Below, piece after piece: positions 60,218 through 64,000 of a stretch of DNA of 64,000 bases. The DNA comes from Eledone cirrhosa (Eukaryota), in the NCBI GenBank assembly GCA_964016885.1, contig OZ024747.1, forward strand, positions 30,628,001 through 30,692,000, given 5' to 3'. Numbering within the stretch: the first letter of the stretch is position 1; every line of letters starts with the position of its first letter. The notes under the pieces are model-generated. The model ran no database searches, was not told the DNA's origin, and worked only from the letters and a program-made list of their open reading frames with translations. The translations under genes and the position numbers were made by a program.

Positions 60218-63200
60218 TCAACAGCAAAGTCTCTCTGGGGGTTTACGAGTTCTCTTGGACCGTCTTCGATTGTCTGGTCCATACTCTGGAACGGGCAACA
60301 AGGTCTTGGGTCTGGTCTGTCTTGGAGTTAGTGGCACGATTTCCGAGATCTCCATTGGGTGATCTGTTGCAAATTCAAAAACAGTGTCTACTGCATCACC
60401 AGGTTCATTGTCTTCCTCAGTAGTGTACCGCGGTTGCAGCTGTTCCCAGTGTCGTCTCCACACCGGGCCATGAGGTATGACCTTAACGTTGAAGCAGCGA
60501 GTACCCAATGACTTCTTAATGATTGCTGGTACCCATCGGGGATCTTTGTCTCGGCGAGGTCCGTAGTACAGTGCATACACAGGATCTCCAGCCTTGTACT
60601 GCCTGGTAACCTTAGCGACACCTGTCGAGTCCAGAGTCATCTGAGACTTATATGCTTCCTTAGACTGCTTGCCTTGATCGATGTGTGCTGGCGAGGGCAG
60701 CAGAGAATCAATCCTTGTCCGTATCTACCGGCGATTCAAAAGTTCACTCAGAGAGAATCCACTGGATGTCGGTGTTCTCCGGTACTGCATCAAGAACTCT
60801 TGAAGTGCTCGCTTCGGCGGAAGAGAAGTCTTCCTTAGAGCTTGTTTGAAGGTCTGCACCAAACGTTCCACTGCTCCGTTAGTAGCTGGGTGGTAAGGTG
60901 CCCCTGTCAGGTGTGTGATCCCACATTCTTTGCACCAGCTCTGGAACTCCTCATAAATAAAAGTTTGTGCGTTACCGGTGACCAGCGTGTGAGGAAATCC
61001 GAAGTGCACAAAGTCTCTTCAAGCAGATCTAAAGAGGCTCTGGAGGACGTGGATGACGTAGGATGAATGCATGGATACTTGGAATAAGCATCCGTGATCA
61101 CCAACCAATTACTGCCCATGAAATTTATTGCGTGGTCCAGGTGTAAGCGGCTCCACGGCTTTTCAGGTAACATCCATGGGTGAACTGGAGACTTGGATGG
61201 CTGGTTTTGATGTTCACCACACGAATCACATTGTCGACTGGTTTTCTCTATAGCAGCATCGATACCAGGCCAATAAACAGCAGTTCTTGCCAATTGTTTC
61301 ATGCGCTCCATGCCAAAGTGTCCGAGATGCAGAAGATTGAGGATCTTTGGTTGTAAGCTATGTGGATCACAACTCTCGATCCATGGATAAGGCATCCGTG
61401 GCAGATACTGAGTGAATCCGATAACTTCCGGAACTTATTGACTTCGTCATTGATCTCAGTATTCTTTGGTGGCCAGCCTTCACGGACGTAGTGTATCACT
61501 GTAGATATCACTGGATCTTTCCCTGACTCTTGACGAGGACGTTAGAATCGATAGGTTGGACTTGAAGACTGAGAGCTTTGATGGCGCACACCATGTCCAT
61601 GTCTTCACCATTTTCCTTCCTGTCAAAGTCGATGTCATTACCAAATGGCAAGCGACTGAGGGCATCTGCATTGCCATGATCCGCTGTTTTCCGATATTCG
61701 ATGGTGTAGTCAAACTGGTTCAGCCACAGGGCCCACCGTGCTAGTCGGTTAGCAGCGAGAAGTGGCGTCCCTTTCCTCGGACTGAACAGTGATGTCAGTG
61801 GCTTGTGGTCAGTTACGAGTATAAACTGATGTCCGTACAGATACTGATAGAACTTCTGCAAGCCAAATATGATGGCCAGGGCTTCCTTTTGAATTTGGCC
61901 GCAGTTACGCTGTGCAGAAGTAAGAGTCTTGGACACATTGGATATTGGGCGCTCGCTTCCATCAGGATAGCGATGAAACAGGACTGCTCCAATACCAACG
62001 TTTGACGCGTCGCATGCCAGTCCCAAAGTTTTGTTTGGATCGAAGTGTATCAGAACTTGATCCGATGAAAGCACATTTTTCAACTGATCGAAAGCTGACT
62101 GTTCTTCATCTCCCCACTTCCAAGTAGTCGTTTTTTTTGTAAGGCAATAGAGTGGCTCTGCCATGCTGGCCAGGTTTGGGATAAACTTTCCATAGAACTG
62201 AACTGAACCCAGGAAAGACTTCAAGCTTGAGATGTTCGTTGGAGGTGGCATCTTTAAAACTGCTTCGACCTTGGATCCCTTCGCGATCCCTTCAGCCGAC
62301 AAGGTGTGTCCAAGGTATTCCACACTGGGTAGTGCAAACTGGCACTTGTCACGGCGACATCTGAGTCCTTTGTCGCAAAGACGTGTGAGCAGACACTTTA
62401 GGTTGTTCAGGTGATCGTTTGCATCTTTCCCACTGACGAGCATGTCGTCCTGGAAGACGGCCACACCAGGTAGATCTTGAGTCAGGTTTTCCATGATCTC
62501 CTGAAAGTAACCAGGTGCTGACTTGATTCTGAAAGGGAGTCGTTCCTGCAGGAGCACCCCACGGTGAGTGCTGAGTGCAAGCCTGCGTTGACTTTCTGGA
62601 GCCAGCTTGATCTGATTATAGGCATCAGCAAGATCAATCTTTGTGTATCCGAATCCACCTCCGAGCTTCTGCATCAGTTCCTCTGGGAGTGGCATTGGAT
62701 GACGATGATCTGCAAGTTGGTCATTAATTCCCACAGAGTAGTCACCACAAATCCGTAGTTTGGGCTTCAGGTTGCCTGAAGTATGTGCTTTACGAATCGG
62801 TACCACTGGCGTTCCGTATTCGTTGAACTGTATTGGCTTCCAGATGCCTTCTTCGTAACCTTTGGCCAGGTCATCACGAAGAGCAAACGGGACCGGGCGT
62901 GCCTTGTGAAAGACCGGTGTCGCGTCCGACTTGAACTTCACTTCCAGTTCGAAGTCATTAAGACATCCTAATTCTTGCTTGAAGAGATCTGGGAATTCAT
63001 CACACATGTGACAAGCTCGTTGCATGGAAATATAGGGCTCATTTGAGGTCTTTCGATGCATCACTTCTGCACCCTCACTCTTGGCCTGGCTGTCTATGCT
63101 TTTCAATCCTAGAGCATTGTCCACGGAAATTCCCAGAGTCTGGATAGCGTTTCGTCCCAGCAAATTAAGATCAGGGATCTTGGTGACGATGTAGGGTATT

Positions 63201-64000
63201 GAATTCCGTTTACCGGTCATTGGATCCTTGGTTTGGCCCATGAAAGTTCCCAGAACGGCCAGGTCGTGCTTGCTGGCAGATTCAAACCGATGTTTGACAT
63301 CTTGCAGCTTCGGTTTTCTTAATTGTTTCCAAACTGACAAGGAAACAAAATTGCCTGTAGTAGCTGTGTCCAATTCCATTGTGAAAAGTCTGTTCTGGAT
63401 TGTTATTGGCACATTCAAACTATGAGTATCGTGGGGAACTTCACCAAGGATCGCCTTGACTAGCTCAGCTTTCGTGATTCTTTTCACGTAATTCTGTGAG
63501 CGATGATTACGTTGCTGATGTTGTTTCTTTCTACACACCGCTTGCAAATGTCCCTTTTTGTCACAAAAATGACATTTGGCTTCTTTGAAGGGGCAGTCTG
63601 TCGCTTTGTGGGCCTTTCCACATAGGTAGCACATCTCCTGGTCTGTGGAATAAGACTGCTGATAGTTCTTTCGAGGACCCTTGTTCTTGTTCTGCTGGAC
63701 CTTGTAGACTTGCTTGGTTTTGGAACCGTAAACAGTTTCCTTGGCAACCTTTGCTGCGTCTTCGGTCCTGATGGCAACTTGGACAGCACGGGCAAAATCT
63801 AGTTCTGTATCCTTGATCTTGAAAATAGCCTTCAACACAGCTTCATTATTGACAGAACATATAAATCTCTGTCTTAGAGCTTCATCTTGTGGATTTGTGA
63901 TCTAAGGAAAATCACAGGTAGCTGCATCCTGACGTATACGTGCTGCCAGCTCCTGGAGAGTTTCGCCTGGCTTCCGTTGCATGTCACTCCAGAACTTGAA
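60218..64000 (-). pseudogene. Gag-Pol polyprotein with a stop near 63903 and frameshifts near 61530, 61370 and 61015
   Basis: Two CCHC knuckles (CYLCGKAHKATDC, CHFCDKKGHLQAVC), protease LDTA, RT FQDD, RNase H CDAS, and integrase HLGH...CDSC, HLD, NGAVERLV. Confidence 0.93.

Larger units (their letters stand above)
59908..64000 (-). mobile_element. Ty3/Gypsy LTR retrotransposon (Mag-like), 5' part beyond the window
   Basis: Domain order gag-PR-RT-RH-IN, followed by PPT and 3' LTR. Confidence 0.95.

Overview
AT-rich, microsatellite-dense eukaryotic DNA made almost entirely of repeats. The SINE and RTE 3' ends resemble what I recall from octopod cephalopods; this host assignment is an inference. 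I cannot support any intact host gene, rRNA, true tRNA or CRISPR array. The window opens with about 4.1 kb of a 36-bp minisatellite, followed by a mosaic of retroelements: Penelope-like elements (PLEs; Neptune-like, Naiad-like and ORF-less derivatives), four R4/Dong-type RLE LINEs sitting in (TAA)n (one with an intact 1130-aa ORF), a decayed L1/Tx1 LINE, many RTE LINE pieces, tRNA-derived SINEs, a solo LTR and a Ty3/Gypsy element running off the right edge. There are also Helitron-, piggyBac- and hAT-like non-autonomous DNA elements. The main signal missed by the ORF track is a set of about 10 minimal hammerhead ribozyme motifs (CUGANGA...GAAA-palindrome-UH) in PLE pseudo-LTRs. Several lie in ORF-less, retrozyme-like units, one has a roughly 90-nt stem II, one is split by a SINE, and four are followed by a shared GAGTGCT motif. 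Element boundaries were read by eye and may be off by some bases; RNA pairings were checked by hand, not computed.
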